Shown here piece by piece: positions 28,386 through 39,060 of a DNA stretch of 64,000 nt. The stretch is from Planctomycetota bacterium (lineage in GTDB: Bacteria; Planctomycetota; UBA1135; UBA2386). Numbering within the stretch: position 1 is the stretch's first letter; each line of letters opens with the position of its first letter. The notes beneath the pieces are model-generated. The model had not been told where the DNA came from, searched no databases, and saw only the letters and a list, made by a program, of their open reading frames with translations. The stretch is taken from positions 7,904,001-7,968,000 of the forward strand of contig OZ245006.1 of NCBI GenBank assembly GCA_965223545.1, written 5' to 3'. Position numbers and translations under genes: made by a program.

Positions 28386-29693
28386 TCAGTCGCCGATCCC
28401 GTCGCTGGCGGCCTGCTGCAGCGCGCGGCAGAAGCGATCGAGCTCGGCGAGCGTCGTGTGCACGCTGGGGCTGACGCGGATGCCCTCGAAGTGCTCGGTG
28501 CGGATCGCGGTCACCAAGATGCGGTGTCGTCGCAGCAGCCAGCCAGCCACGCGTCGCGACGGCACGCCGTCGAGCTGCACGGTGGCGATCGCGCCAGCGC
28601 GGCCGGGGGCGCGGTCGGTGTGCACGGTGAACCGTCCCGGTGCGGCGTCGATGACCCGCTGCAACCAGTACTCACGCAGGTACACCAGGCGCTCCAGCTT
28701 GCGCGCAGCGCCCAGGCTGCGGTGGAACATCAGCGCTTCGGCAATCGCCAGCCGGTCGGCCACCGGGTGCGTGCCGACCTGCTCGAACTTGCGGATGTCG
28801 TCGTCGAGGACGGCGTCCGCCGCCATCAGCGGCCACAAATCGGTGATGCGATCGCGCGCTACGTAGAGCAGGCCCGTGCCGTGTGGGGCAAACAGCCACT
28901 TGTGCAGGCTGGCGCCGTAGTAGTCACAGCCGAGGTCTGCGATCTTGAAGTCGAGGTGCGCGAAGGCGTGCGCTCCGTCGACGATGCACGGCACACCGCG
29001 CTGCCGCGCGGCGGCGACGATGCGCGCCACCGGCAGCACTTGGCCGGTGGTGTAGAGCACGTGTGAGCACAGCAGCAGCGCCGGCTCGTGGGCGTCCATT
29101 TGTTGTTCGAAGGCGTCGACGACCGCATCGTCATCGGTGCACGGATGCGGCAGCGGCATCTTCACGAACCCCAGCTCCTCGCGCCGCTCCCGTTGGGCGA
29201 ACGTCGCCAGCATCCGCGGGTAGTCCTGATCGGTGGTCAGCACGGTCGCGCCGCGCGGCAGGTCGATGCCCTGCTGGCAGATCTGCAGGCTCTCGGACGC
29301 GTTGCGCGTGATCGCCAGCTCCTCCGGCGTCACGCCGAGCTGATGCGCCAGGCCGCGGCGCACGGCCTCGACCTGGGGCTCGAGGACGCGCCACATGTTG
29401 TGCGCCGGCGCCTGGTGAGAAAACTGCAAGTGCCGGCGCTGCGCATCCTGGACCACGGCGGGGGCCGGGCACACCCCGCCGTTGTTGAGGTTGAGCAGGC
29501 TGCGGTCGACGGCGAACGCGCGCGCGATAGCGGCCCAGAAGTCCTCGTCGGCGGCCACCGCGGCGGGCGCGCGCCGGTCGGCGGCACAGGTCGCCAGCGC
29601 GCTCGCCAGGGCATGACTGCGCAGCCGCGGCGCGGGCCAGCCGACGGCGGGTACCGAAAGCGCGCTGGTCAAGAACTCGCGGCGATCGGGCAC
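28386..29693 (-). CDS. Tat-exported class V PLP-dependent aminotransferase-like enzyme
   Basis: DRREFL twin-arginine signal; LNNGG, NASE, VDGAH, SLHKWL PLP lysine. Confidence 0.88.
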   Translation of the reverse strand: MPDRREFLTSALSVPAVGWPAPRLRSHALASALATCAADRRAPAAVAADEDFWAAIARAFAVDRSLLNLNNGGVCPAPAVVQDAQRRHLQFSHQAPAHNMWRVLEPQVEAVRRGLAHQLGVTPEELAITRNASESLQICQQGIDLPRGATVLTTDQDYPRMLATFAQRERREELGFVKMPLPHPCTDDDAVVDAFEQQMDAHEPALLLCSHVLYTTGQVLPVARIVAAARQRGVPCIVDGAHAFAHLDFKIADLGCDYYGASLHKWLFAPHGTGLLYVARDRITDLWPLMAADAVLDDDIRKFEQVGTHPVADRLAIAEALMFHRSLGAARKLERLVYLREYWLQRVIDAAPGRFTVHTDRAPGRAGAIATVQLDGVPSRRVAGWLLRRHRILVTAIRTEHFEGIRVSPSVHTTLAELDRFCRALQQAASDGIGD

Positions 29694-29769
29694 CCCGCCA
29701 TGGTAACGGCCTGCGGTCGCCGTGCGCCGGCGTTTGCCGCGGCGCCGGTGATCGGCCATCGTGGGCGCC

Positions 29770-31044
29770 ATGAACGCCTACCGTCGCGGCGCCATCGGCT
29801 TCGCGTTGTCCGTGCTCTCCTGTGGCAACGCTGCCGCGCAGGCCGGCCCGATGCTGCTCGTCGGCGCCCGCGTCCTGGCCGAGGACGCCGCCTCTTGGCG
29901 CGGGGACGTGGTCGTCCGCGTCGAGGGGGGTCGCATCGCCGCGGTCGGCGACCGCGCTGCGGTGTCGGCGGAGGGCGCCGAGGTGCTCGATGTGAGCGGT
30001 CGCTATCTGATCCCCGGGTTGATCGACCTGCACACCCACTTGCTGCTGCACCCGTACGACGAGACCCCGTGGACCGACCAAGTGCTGCGCGAGTCACTCG
30101 AGGCGCGCACGATCCGCGGCACCGTCGCGGCGCGGCGCACGGTCGAGGCCGGCTTCACCACCGTGCGCGACCTCGGCACCGAGGGCGCGGGCTTCGCCGA
30201 CGTCGCGCTGCGCGACGCGGTCGCCGCGGGCACCATCGTCGGTCCGCGGATCTTCGCCGTCACCCGCGCGCTGGTCGCCACCGGTTGCTACGGCCCGTCG
30301 GGGTTCGATCCGCGCTGGGTGATGCCGGTCGGTGCCCAAGTGGCCGACGGCGCCGACGGCGTGCGGGTCGCCGTGCGCCAGCAGATCGCGGCCGGCGCGG
30401 ATTGGATCAAGATCTATGCCGACTACCGCCGCCGCCCGGGGATGCCGGCGACGCCGACCTTCAGCGACGCGGAGATCGCGGCAGCGGTCGATGAGGCGCG
30501 CAGCGCCGGGTTGCGCGTCGCCGCCCACGCGGTGACCAACGCCGCGATGCAGCGCTGTGTCTTGGCCGGTGTCCACACCATCGAGCACGGCTACGAGGCT
30601 TCGGCCAAGACGCTGCAGCTGATGGCCGAGCGGGGCGTGGCACTGTGTCCCACGCTGACTGCTTCGGAGTCGATCGCGCGCTACTCGGGCTGGCAGGACG
30701 GTGAGCCGGAGCACCCCCGCGTGCGCACCGCGCGCGAGATGTTCGCGCGGGCGTTGGCCGCCGGCGTCACCATCGCCAATGGCAGCGATGTCGGCGTGTT
30801 CGCGCACGGCGACAACAGCCGCGAGCTCGAGCTCATGGTGGAGTATGGCATGCGGCCCCAGCAGGCTCTGGCGGCGGCGACGGTGGTCGCCGCCGGGGTG
30901 CTCGGTGCCGATCATCTCGGCGTGATCCGCGCCGGCGCGGCGGCCGACCTCGTGGTCTTGGCCGGTGACCCGCTCAGCGACGTCGACGCGTCGCGCGCGC
31001 CTGACCTGGTGATCGCGCGCGGCGCAGCGGTCTACGTCAAGTAG
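29770..31044 (+). CDS. Metal-dependent amidohydrolase (prolidase-like), secreted
   Basis: [37 protein letters not shown]. Confidence 0.9.
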   Translation: MNAYRRGAIGFALSVLSCGNAAAQAGPMLLVGARVLAEDAASWRGDVVVRVEGGRIAAVGDRAAVSAEGAEVLDVSGRYLIPGLIDLHTHLLLHPYDETPWTDQVLRESLEARTIRGTVAARRTVEAGFTTVRDLGTEGAGFADVALRDAVAAGTIVGPRIFAVTRALVATGCYGPSGFDPRWVMPVGAQVADGADGVRVAVRQQIAAGADWIKIYADYRRRPGMPATPTFSDAEIAAAVDEARSAGLRVAAHAVTNAAMQRCVLAGVHTIEHGYEASAKTLQLMAERGVALCPTLTASESIARYSGWQDGEPEHPRVRTAREMFARALAAGVTIANGSDVGVFAHGDNSRELELMVEYGMRPQQALAAATVVAAGVLGADHLGVIRAGAAADLVVLAGDPLSDVDASRAPDLVIARGAAVYVK

Positions 31045-31092
31045 GCAGAAAAGCGGGGTTTCCGCGACGCGGCGGCCCACACGGGGACCGCC

Positions 31093-33180
31093 ATGGCGGC
31101 GGACACGCGGCGCGGGGTGGTCGTGCTGTTCGGCGGCGCCCGCGCGTTGACCGGGGCCATGCTCGACGAGACCTGGGAGTGGGATGGCGCCACGTGGCGC
31201 TTGATTCCGACCGCCCCCGGGCCCGGACCGGTGGCGCGGAGCGGCCACGCCATGGCGTACGACGCGCGCCGGGGGCGAGTCGTGCTGTTCGGCGGGGTCG
31301 ACCGCGGCGGTCGCTTGCTGGGGGATACCTGGGAGTGGGATGGCGCGCGCTGGATCGCGATGGCCCCGGCCGCGAGTCTGTCGGCGCGCAATGGGGCAGT
31401 GATGACGTTCGACCGCGCGCGCAACCGGGTTCTGCTGTTCGGTGGCCGCGGTGGACCGCTCGCGCTCGGCGATTTCTGGGCGTGGGACGGCGCCCAGTGG
31501 CTCCCGCTGGCATCGGGGCCGCCGGGGCGCCGGTTGGCCGCGTTCGCTTACGACGGTGTCCGCGGTCGAGCGGTGTTGTTCGGCGGTTTCGATGGTTTCC
31601 GGCAGCTCGATGATCTGTGGGAGTGGGACGGAGTGCAATGGAGCAACCCGCGCCCTGCGTTCGCGCCTCCGGCGGTCGGGGGCGCGGGCATGTGCGAGTA
31701 TCCGGCGCGCGGCAGCGTGGTGTTGCCACAGGTCGCCGATCGCATCTGGGAATGGGATGGCACCGGCTGGCGCGCCCATGCGAACTACCGCTCGCAGGTG
31801 CCGCCGGGGCCGACGGTCTTCGACCCCGCGCGCGCGGCGACGTTGACGTTTTCGACGCGGCAGATCTGGGCTTGGGACGGAACCGTGTTCGGCGAACTGC
31901 AACCCACAGGTCCGGCGCCGGAGGGCGATCTCCGGCTGGTCGATGACGATCGGCGCGGCGTCGTGGTGGCGGTGACCAATGACGATCCGTATCTCGGGAC
32001 CCGCGTGAGGACCGAGACCTGGGAGTGGAACGGTGTGGTGTGGAATCGCCGCAGCCCCGCAGTCTCCCCGCCGCTGCGGTCGGGTGCCTGCATTGCCTAC
32101 GATAGGAGTCGCGGCCGGGTGGTGCTGTTCGGTGGCCGCTCCGGGGCGACGCTGTCGGCCGACGTTTGGGAGTGGGATGGCCAGCAGTGGCGCAAGCCGG
32201 TCACGACGGGCGGGCCGACCGCGCGGGCTTGGGCCAGTGCGGCCTACGACACGGTGCGCCAGCGCGTGGTCGTGCACGGCGGTGGGGACGGCGTGCGCTG
32301 GCTGGTCGACACGTGGGAATGGGACGGAATCGGTTGGCGGCAAGTGTCGGCGGCGGGGCCGGCCAGTGAGAACACCGCGATGGTGTGCCACGAGGCCCTC
32401 GGCGTGCTGGTGCTGCACGGTGGGCGGCCCAACGAGACCTGGACCTGGGACGGGCGCGCCTGGCGCCGCCGGTCGGTCGGCAGCACGGCCCAGAACCTGT
32501 GGCAGCCGCAGCTCGCCTACGACGCCCACCGCGAGCGGGTGGTGTTGTTCGGTGGCTACGACGGGGGCTACCCGGTGGCGACCTGGGAATGGAACGGGGC
32601 GTGGGTGCGGCGCGGTGATGCGCCGGCGCTGGGGCGTCAAGCGCACGGCATGGCCTACGATCGCGCCCGTCGCCGCGTGATCGTCGCCGGTGGCCAATGG
32701 CAGGACTACTCGCAGTTCAGCCAGGCCTTGAGCGACACCTGGGACTACGCGCCGGTGCAGCCGGCGGCGGCCGCCCCCTACGGAGTCGGCTGTGCGGGCG
32801 CAGCCGGAGTGCCGTCGCTGGTGGCCAACAGCGGGCCTTGGTCCGGTGGGCACCTCGATCTGGCCGTGACCAGGCTGGCGCCCGGCGCCCCGGTCCTGTT
32901 CGTCGTCGGTGTGTCCGACCAGAGCCTCGGACCGTGGCCATTGCCGCTGCAGCTGTCGTCGACGCCTGCACCGGGATGCTGGCTGTGGAGCAGCGCGGAG
33001 GCGGTGGTGCCGCTGGTCAACGTCGCGGGCAGCGCCACGCCCCGGTTCTCGGTGCCGCCGTCGCCACCGGGCATGCTCGGCGCCGCCTTCTTCGGCCAAG
33101 CGTTGGTCGGCGACCCGGCGGCCAACCCCCTCGGCCTGGTCGTCTCCAACGCGCTGCGCTTCGTGGTCGGCGGGCTCTGA
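31093..33180 (+). CDS. Kelch-like beta-propeller repeat protein with C-terminal beta domain
   Basis: About 12 repeats of (M)AYDxxRxRVVLFGG...DTWEWDGxxW; no signal peptide visible. Confidence 0.85.
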   Translation: MAADTRRGVVVLFGGARALTGAMLDETWEWDGATWRLIPTAPGPGPVARSGHAMAYDARRGRVVLFGGVDRGGRLLGDTWEWDGARWIAMAPAASLSARNGAVMTFDRARNRVLLFGGRGGPLALGDFWAWDGAQWLPLASGPPGRRLAAFAYDGVRGRAVLFGGFDGFRQLDDLWEWDGVQWSNPRPAFAPPAVGGAGMCEYPARGSVVLPQVADRIWEWDGTGWRAHANYRSQVPPGPTVFDPARAATLTFSTRQIWAWDGTVFGELQPTGPAPEGDLRLVDDDRRGVVVAVTNDDPYLGTRVRTETWEWNGVVWNRRSPAVSPPLRSGACIAYDRSRGRVVLFGGRSGATLSADVWEWDGQQWRKPVTTGGPTARAWASAAYDTVRQRVVVHGGGDGVRWLVDTWEWDGIGWRQVSAAGPASENTAMVCHEALGVLVLHGGRPNETWTWDGRAWRRRSVGSTAQNLWQPQLAYDAHRERVVLFGGYDGGYPVATWEWNGAWVRRGDAPALGRQAHGMAYDRARRRVIVAGGQWQDYSQFSQALSDTWDYAPVQPAAAAPYGVGCAGAAGVPSLVANSGPWSGGHLDLAVTRLAPGAPVLFVVGVSDQSLGPWPLPLQLSSTPAPGCWLWSSAEAVVPLVNVAGSATPRFSVPPSPPGMLGAAFFGQALVGDPAANPLGLVVSNALRFVVGGL

Positions 33181-33211
33181 TCCGCGCCCGCTTCGGTTTA
33201 GCGTGGCGCGC

Positions 33212-34687
33212 ATGTGCGCAGCGTTTCTCGCCCTCGACCAGGGCACAACGTCGAGTCGAGCACTCGTGTTCGACGCCCACGGCCGGGTGTTGGGCGCGGG
33301 CCAGCTCGACTTCGAGCAACACTTTCCGCAGCCGGGGTGGGTCGAGCACGACGCGAACGAGATCTTCGCGACGCAGTGGCAGGCGGCACAGCAGGCGCAC
33401 GCGGCCGCGGGCGCACCGCAGATCGATGGCGTCGGCATCACCAACCAGCGCGAGACCGTCGTCGTCTTCGACCGCCGCACCGGGGTGCCGGTCCACCGCG
33501 CGATCGTCTGGCAGGACCGCCGCACCGCGGAGCAGCTGCGCGCCCTGTCCGAGGCCGGGCACGCCGAGCGGGTGCGGGCGAAGACAGGGCTGCCCCTCGA
33601 TCCGTATTTCTCCGCCGCCAAGATCGCGTGGATCCTGGACCACGTGCCCGGCGCGCGCGCCGCCGCCGCGCGCGGCGAGCTGGTGGCGGGCACGATCGAC
33701 ACCTGGTTGCTGCACCGGCTGACCGACGGAGAAGTGGTGGCCACCGAGGCGAGCAACGCCGCGCGGACGTCGCTGTTCGATCTGGCGCGCGGCGACTACG
33801 ACGACGAGCTGCTCGAGCTGTTCGGTGTGCCACGCGCGTGCTTGCCCGAGGTGCGGGACAGCGCCGGCGCGTTCGGCCGCGTGGCGGCGACCGGTTGGCC
33901 GATCACCGGGGTCCTGGGCGACCAGCAGGCCGCGCTGTTCGGGCAGGGCTGCGTCGGTTTGGGCGGTGCCAAGTGCACGTATGGAACCGGCGCGTTCATG
34001 CTGCGCACTTGCGGTGAGCAGCCGCCGGCGGCAGCGCACGGCTTGCTGTCGACCGTCGCGTGGCGGCTGGACGGCACCGACACGTTCGCGCTCGAGGGCA
34101 GCGTGATGGTGTGCGGCGCGCTGATCCAGTGGCTGCGCGATGGGTTGGGGATGATCGCCGAATCGAGCGAGGTGGAGGCGTTGGCGCGCTCGGTCGACGA
34201 CAGCGGCGGCGTGGTGATGGTGCCGGCGTTCGCGGGCTTGGGCACGCCGCACTGGGATGCGGACGCGCGCGCGCTGCTGATCGGCATGACGCGGGGCACC
34301 GGGCGCGGGCACGTCGCGCGTGCCGCGCTCGAAGCGATGGCGCTGCAGGTGCGCGAGCTGCAGCTGGCGATGGAGGCGACCACCGGCACGCCGCTCGCCG
34401 AGCTGCGCGTCGATGGCGGCGCTGCGGCCAACGACTTGCTGCTCGAGATGCAAGCGACCCTGTCGGGAGTGGGTGTGCGGCGCGCGGCACAGCTCGAGAC
34501 CACCGCGCTCGGCGCCGCTCGCATCGCCATGCTTGGAGCCAGGCTCGCGGCGAGCGCCGATGCCCTGCCGCCGGTGGCCGGCGAGGCGACGGTGATCGCA
34601 CCGGGCGGTGGCTTGCGCGATCCGGCTGGCACCTGGCGGCGCTGGGGCGCCGCGGTCGAGCGGGCCAAGGGCTGGGCGCGCGTTTGA
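33212..34687 (+). CDS. glpK: Glycerol kinase
   Basis: ALDQGTTSSR, GWVEHD, ITNQRET, WQDRRT, GDQQAALFG, KCTYGTG, ALEGS, DGGA. Confidence 0.95.
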   Translation: MCAAFLALDQGTTSSRALVFDAHGRVLGAGQLDFEQHFPQPGWVEHDANEIFATQWQAAQQAHAAAGAPQIDGVGITNQRETVVVFDRRTGVPVHRAIVWQDRRTAEQLRALSEAGHAERVRAKTGLPLDPYFSAAKIAWILDHVPGARAAAARGELVAGTIDTWLLHRLTDGEVVATEASNAARTSLFDLARGDYDDELLELFGVPRACLPEVRDSAGAFGRVAATGWPITGVLGDQQAALFGQGCVGLGGAKCTYGTGAFMLRTCGEQPPAAAHGLLSTVAWRLDGTDTFALEGSVMVCGALIQWLRDGLGMIAESSEVEALARSVDDSGGVVMVPAFAGLGTPHWDADARALLIGMTRGTGRGHVARAALEAMALQVRELQLAMEATTGTPLAELRVDGGAAANDLLLEMQATLSGVGVRRAAQLETTALGAARIAMLGARLAASADALPPVAGEATVIAPGGGLRDPAGTWRRWGAAVERAKGWARV

Positions 34688-34723
34688 TCGAGGCGCGCCG
34701 CCGGCTTACAACCGCGCCGGCGC

Positions 34724-37147
34724 ATGAGCGAATCCAACGGCCAACAACCCGACGCCGCGCCGCCGCCGACGATCACGGTCGGCGGGGGTGGGGGTGGAGG
34801 GGCGATCGTCGTCCACGACGACATCCCCGAGACGCTGCTGGTGTTTCCGCTCCGGCAGGCGGTGCCGTTCCCCAATCTGATGCTGCCGGTGTTGCTCGAT
34901 ACGCCGCGCGCGCGGGACATCGTCGCCAAGGCCGAGGCCGGCAACGGTTTCTTGCTCTTGCTGACGCAGCGGGAGCCCGATCTCGAGGAGCCGGGTCCCG
35001 CCGACTTCTACGAGGTCGGCGTCGCCGCGCGCGTGCTCAAGACCCTCAAGCTGCCCGACGGAAACTCCTCGGCGATGTGCCAAGGGCTGCGCCGCACCAA
35101 GGTGACCCGCTTCGTGCGCAAGAAGCCGTTCTTGGTGGTCAAGGCCAAGACCATGGTCGACCTGCCGGCGTCCGGCAAGCGCACCGAGGCGGCGTTCCGC
35201 AAGCTGCGCGAGAACCTGAGCAAGGTGGTCGCGGTGTCGGATGCCTACGGCGAGGACTTCGGCACCGCGGTGCTCAACATCGAGCGCGCCGACCAGCTGG
35301 CGGACTTCACCGGCAGCTACTTCTTGAAGAAGCAAGAGGAGCGGCAGGCGCTGCTGGAGGCGATCGACGTCAACCAGAGGGTCGAGCTGGCACTCGAGTA
35401 CGTGCTCGCCGAGCTCGAGCTGGCCGAGCTCGGCAATCGCATCCAGGCCGAGATCCGCGCCAAGGCGGAGCGCGCGCAGAAGGAGTACTTCCTGCGCGAG
35501 CAGCTGAAGATCATCCGCCGCGAGCTCGGCGAGGAGACCGACGCCCGCGAGGCCGAGATGCAGCGCCTCGAGCAAGCCGTGCGCGACGCCGGCTTGCCCG
35601 ACGCCGCGCGCGCCCGCGCCGAGGACGAGCTCGGCAAGCTGCGCACCACGCCGGTGGAGTCGGCGGAGTACAGCGTGGTGCGCAACTACCTCGATTGGTT
35701 GGTGGCGCTGCCGTGGTCGAAGGCGTCCAAGGATCGCCAGGACCTCAAGGCGGCGGCCGAGGTGCTCGACGCCGACCACTACGGCCTCGAGGACATCAAG
35801 GACCGGATCCTCGAGTTCCTGGCGGTGCGCAAGCTCAAGCCCGCGCACGGCGGCTCGATCCTGTGCTTGTCGGGACCGCCCGGCGTCGGCAAGACCAGCC
35901 TGGGCCGCAGCATCGCGCGGGCCATGGGGCGCGAGTTCTGGCGATTCTCGCTCGGTGGAATGCGGGACGAGGCCGAGATCAAGGGCCACCGGCGCACCTA
36001 CATCGGCGCCATGCCGGGGCGGATCCTGCAGGGGCTCAAGGCGTGCGGCACCAACAACCCGGTGCTCATGCTGGACGAGATCGACAAGCTCGGCGCCGAC
36101 TTCCGCGGCGACCCCGCGTCGGCGCTGCTCGAGGTGCTGGATCCGGAGCAGAACTCGGCCTTCCTCGATCACTACGTCGACGTGCCGTTCGACCTCTCGA
36201 GGGTGATGTTCATCGCCACGGCCAATGCGCTGCCGCAGATCCCCGAGCCGCTGCGCGACCGCATGGAGGTGGTCGAGATCCCGGGCTACCTCGAGGCCGA
36301 GAAGGTGGAGATCGCCCGGCGCCACCTGGTGCCCAAGCAGATCGAGCGACACGGCCTCGGCAAGGCGCAGCTGTCGCTCGGTGCGCCGGTCTTACGCCAG
36401 ATCATCCGGCGCTACACGCGCGAGGCCGGCGTGCGGGGTCTGGAGAAGTGCGTGGTGCGGCTGTGCCGCAAAGCCGCCAGCGCCGTGGCCGGCCGGCGCA
36501 AGCCGCCCGCCCGCGTGGCGATCGGCGATCTGGACAAGCTGCTCGGACCGCTGCGCTTCGGCGAAGAGGGCGAGCGCAAGGTGCGCGTGCCCGGCGTGGT
36601 GCAGGGCTTGTCGTGGACGCCGCACGGCGGTGACGTGCTGTTCATCGAGGCCGCGGCGATGCCCGGCCGCGGCCAGCTGCAGACGACGGGCAGCTTGGGC
36701 GACGTCATGGCCGAGTCGTGCCGCATCGCGCTCGGCTATCTGCGCAGCCACGCGACTGCCCTCGAGCTGGACCCGGCCTTCTTCGACCGGCACGACGTGC
36801 ACGTGCACTTCCCCGCCGGCGCCATCCGCAAGGATGGTCCGTCCGCCGGCATCGCGATCGCCTGCGCGCTGATGTCGGTCGCCCGCGGCGTGCTGTGCCC
36901 GCGCGACTTGGCGATGACCGGCGAGCTGACGCTGGTCGGCGAGGTGCTGCCGGTCGGCGGCGTACGCGAGAAGGTGCTGGCCGCCCGGCGCGAGCGGCTC
37001 AAACGCGTCGTGCTGCCCGCCGAGAACCGGGTCGACGTCGACGAGCTCAAACCCGACCTGGTGAAGGGCCTCACCTTCGTCTACGTCGACCGCTTCACCG
37101 ACGTGGTCGAGGCGGTCTTCGCCAGCGGCCGGCGCCGGCGGCGCTGA
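34724..37147 (+). CDS. lon: ATP-dependent Lon protease
   Basis: [40 protein letters not shown] Ser-Lys dyad. Confidence 0.97.
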   Translation: MSESNGQQPDAAPPPTITVGGGGGGGAIVVHDDIPETLLVFPLRQAVPFPNLMLPVLLDTPRARDIVAKAEAGNGFLLLLTQREPDLEEPGPADFYEVGVAARVLKTLKLPDGNSSAMCQGLRRTKVTRFVRKKPFLVVKAKTMVDLPASGKRTEAAFRKLRENLSKVVAVSDAYGEDFGTAVLNIERADQLADFTGSYFLKKQEERQALLEAIDVNQRVELALEYVLAELELAELGNRIQAEIRAKAERAQKEYFLREQLKIIRRELGEETDAREAEMQRLEQAVRDAGLPDAARARAEDELGKLRTTPVESAEYSVVRNYLDWLVALPWSKASKDRQDLKAAAEVLDADHYGLEDIKDRILEFLAVRKLKPAHGGSILCLSGPPGVGKTSLGRSIARAMGREFWRFSLGGMRDEAEIKGHRRTYIGAMPGRILQGLKACGTNNPVLMLDEIDKLGADFRGDPASALLEVLDPEQNSAFLDHYVDVPFDLSRVMFIATANALPQIPEPLRDRMEVVEIPGYLEAEKVEIARRHLVPKQIERHGLGKAQLSLGAPVLRQIIRRYTREAGVRGLEKCVVRLCRKAASAVAGRRKPPARVAIGDLDKLLGPLRFGEEGERKVRVPGVVQGLSWTPHGGDVLFIEAAAMPGRGQLQTTGSLGDVMAESCRIALGYLRSHATALELDPAFFDRHDVHVHFPAGAIRKDGPSAGIAIACALMSVARGVLCPRDLAMTGELTLVGEVLPVGGVREKVLAARRERLKRVVLPAENRVDVDELKPDLVKGLTFVYVDRFTDVVEAVFASGRRRRR

Positions 37148-37260
37148 GTCGGGCTTTGCCGTCGTCGCCTTGCGACGGCGCGTTTGCAGAACGCCTCAAT
37201 TTTCGCTTCCCCGTACCACGATGAAGCCGGCACCGGCGGAACTCCGCCAGGGGGACATCA

Positions 37261-39003
37261 ATGGGGAAGCATCAGGGTCTTGGTTTCGTGGCGCTCGCCG
37301 GTGCGGTGGCGCTCATGTGCACGAGTTGCGGCAGCGGCGTCGGCAATGCCGGTCCACGGGTTGGCGCGATCCCGAGCCAGCAGGTCAACGGCGGTGAGAC
37401 CTTGTCGCTGGACCTGGCCGACTACGTGAGCGATCGCGAGAACGATCCTCTGACCTACGCGGTGGTCTCGGGTGGCGGCAGCATCGCCGGCAGCGTCTAT
37501 ACCCACATGTTCGACACCGTCGGCGGCTACACGGTCGAGTTCGACGTCTCGGACGGCGACAAGGTCACCCGCGGCACGATCGACGTCGTCGTGCTTTCTG
37601 CCAACCTGGCGGTGGTCACCAGCGGCGACGACCTGCTGTTGGTCGACACCGACACGCAGGCGCAGGTGTCGGTGAGCTCGACGCTGGGTGTGCCGGATCG
37701 GTTGGTGGCGACGACGGACGCGGGCCTCGTGGTCTACGAGCGCGACGCGGGCACGACGCGGCTCGTGGCGTTCGACCTGCAGACGCGCGCAACGCACGTG
37801 ATCAGCGACTCCGCCACCCACGATGCCACCTACGTGGGGCACAGCGACGACGTGGTGCTGTTCGAGCGCTCGCCTGCCAGCGATCCGAGCGACACCGATC
37901 TGCTGTTGTGGCGGATCGACACCGCGCAGGTGACGGAGATCGCGGCCGCGGTTGGCTCGCCCGAGGGCAACCCGATGTTCGCCAGCGACGGTCGCATCTT
38001 CTACGAAGCCGGCGCGCCCAGCGACATCCTGATCTACGACCCCGACACGCGGACCTCGTCCGGTCTGGCGACGGCGGCGACGGCCGAGGCGCTCAGCGGC
38101 GTGCTGGCTGGCGACGTGGTGGTCTTCAGCCGCGTCGGCGGTGGTGGCGAGCGTGACCTGTACCACTACAGCACCGCAGCCGGCATCGTCGAGATCGGTG
38201 CCGACCTCGGCGCGACGGTGCAGGCCCAGAGCAAGGCCCTGGCGGGGGCGCTGTCGACCGGCGAGATCGTGTTCCAGGTCACCGCAGCGACGCAGGACCT
38301 CTACGTCTGGGATCCCGCCTTGGGCCAGTCGACCGCGGTCGGCGTGAGCACGACCGCGGACGAGGTCGCGCTCCAGGTCACCGTCACCGACGAGCTGGTG
38401 TTCTCGCTGGTCGAGAACGCGTCGCCGGCCAACACCGACCTCTACGCCTACCGCCACGGCCAGTCGCCGGCGGTGCGCACCGTGTCCAGCGACGCCGCGG
38501 ACGACGCCTACCAAGCGCAGCTGAGCACCGGCGACGTGGTGTTCCTGCGCGGCAGCGACGTGCTGTTGTTCGACACCTCCGCCGGCGGCGTCGCGACGCT
38601 GTCCTCGGCCGGTCCGTTCACCTTCCACCAGGTGTTGAGCGACGACAACCTGCTGCTGCAGGCCGGCGCCGACCTGCACTTGGTGACGCCGGCGGGCGCG
38701 TCGACCGTGTTCGCCAACAGCCAGCTCGGCGGCGCGACCTCCGGCGGCAGCTTCGTGTTCTCGGCGCCGACCGGCCTCGAGCTCTGGGATGCGACCGGAC
38801 CGAGTCAGGTCACCGTGACCACCGATCCCGCCGACACCTTCGGCGCGGGCACGGCGGCCGGCGACGTCTTGTTCGAGCGCACGGCGACCGGCAAGACGAC
38901 CACGGACCTGTTCCTCTGGGTCCGCTCGAGCGGCAGCATCGTGCAGCTCACCGACGGCACCGCCGACCACGACGTGATCGGCGAGTTCAGCGCCGGCATG
39001 TAG
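37261..39003 (+). CDS. Lipoprotein with Ig/cadherin-like N-terminus and beta-propeller-like repeats
   Basis: Lipobox TSC, DRENDPLTY, repeated GDVVF/DLY beta motifs. Confidence 0.7.
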   Translation: MGKHQGLGFVALAGAVALMCTSCGSGVGNAGPRVGAIPSQQVNGGETLSLDLADYVSDRENDPLTYAVVSGGGSIAGSVYTHMFDTVGGYTVEFDVSDGDKVTRGTIDVVVLSANLAVVTSGDDLLLVDTDTQAQVSVSSTLGVPDRLVATTDAGLVVYERDAGTTRLVAFDLQTRATHVISDSATHDATYVGHSDDVVLFERSPASDPSDTDLLLWRIDTAQVTEIAAAVGSPEGNPMFASDGRIFYEAGAPSDILIYDPDTRTSSGLATAATAEALSGVLAGDVVVFSRVGGGGERDLYHYSTAAGIVEIGADLGATVQAQSKALAGALSTGEIVFQVTAATQDLYVWDPALGQSTAVGVSTTADEVALQVTVTDELVFSLVENASPANTDLYAYRHGQSPAVRTVSSDAADDAYQAQLSTGDVVFLRGSDVLLFDTSAGGVATLSSAGPFTFHQVLSDDNLLLQAGADLHLVTPAGASTVFANSQLGGATSGGSFVFSAPTGLELWDATGPSQVTVTTDPADTFGAGTAAGDVLFERTATGKTTTDLFLWVRSSGSIVQLTDGTADHDVIGEFSAGM

Positions 39004-39060
39004 CGGCGCGCGCGCGGCGTCTATGGTGTTGTCGGGGCGCACGGCGCCCCGACTCGACCG

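Noticed and set aside
28386..29693. Class V PLP enzyme as a selenocysteine lyase linked to the selenoprotein
   Set aside because: No NifS/SufS catalytic Cys motif is visible, it carries a Tat signal, and it is not in an operon with the selenoprotein.
26781..31044. CoA ligase, aminotransferase and amidohydrolase as a biosynthetic cluster
   Set aside because: Mixed orientation and localisation, and no carrier protein or scaffold synthase.
31093..32760. Recurrent 'acctgggagtgggatgg'-like DNA repeats suggesting an array
   Set aside because: These are degenerate protein-coding Kelch repeats, not CRISPR. No constant repeat-spacer array or cas gene was seen in the window.
30094..33756. 1220-aa minus-strand ORF and many other long overlapping ORFs
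   Set aside because: Antisense or off-frame shadows of motif-bearing genes, expected at this GC content; Arg/Pro/Ala-rich with no motifs.
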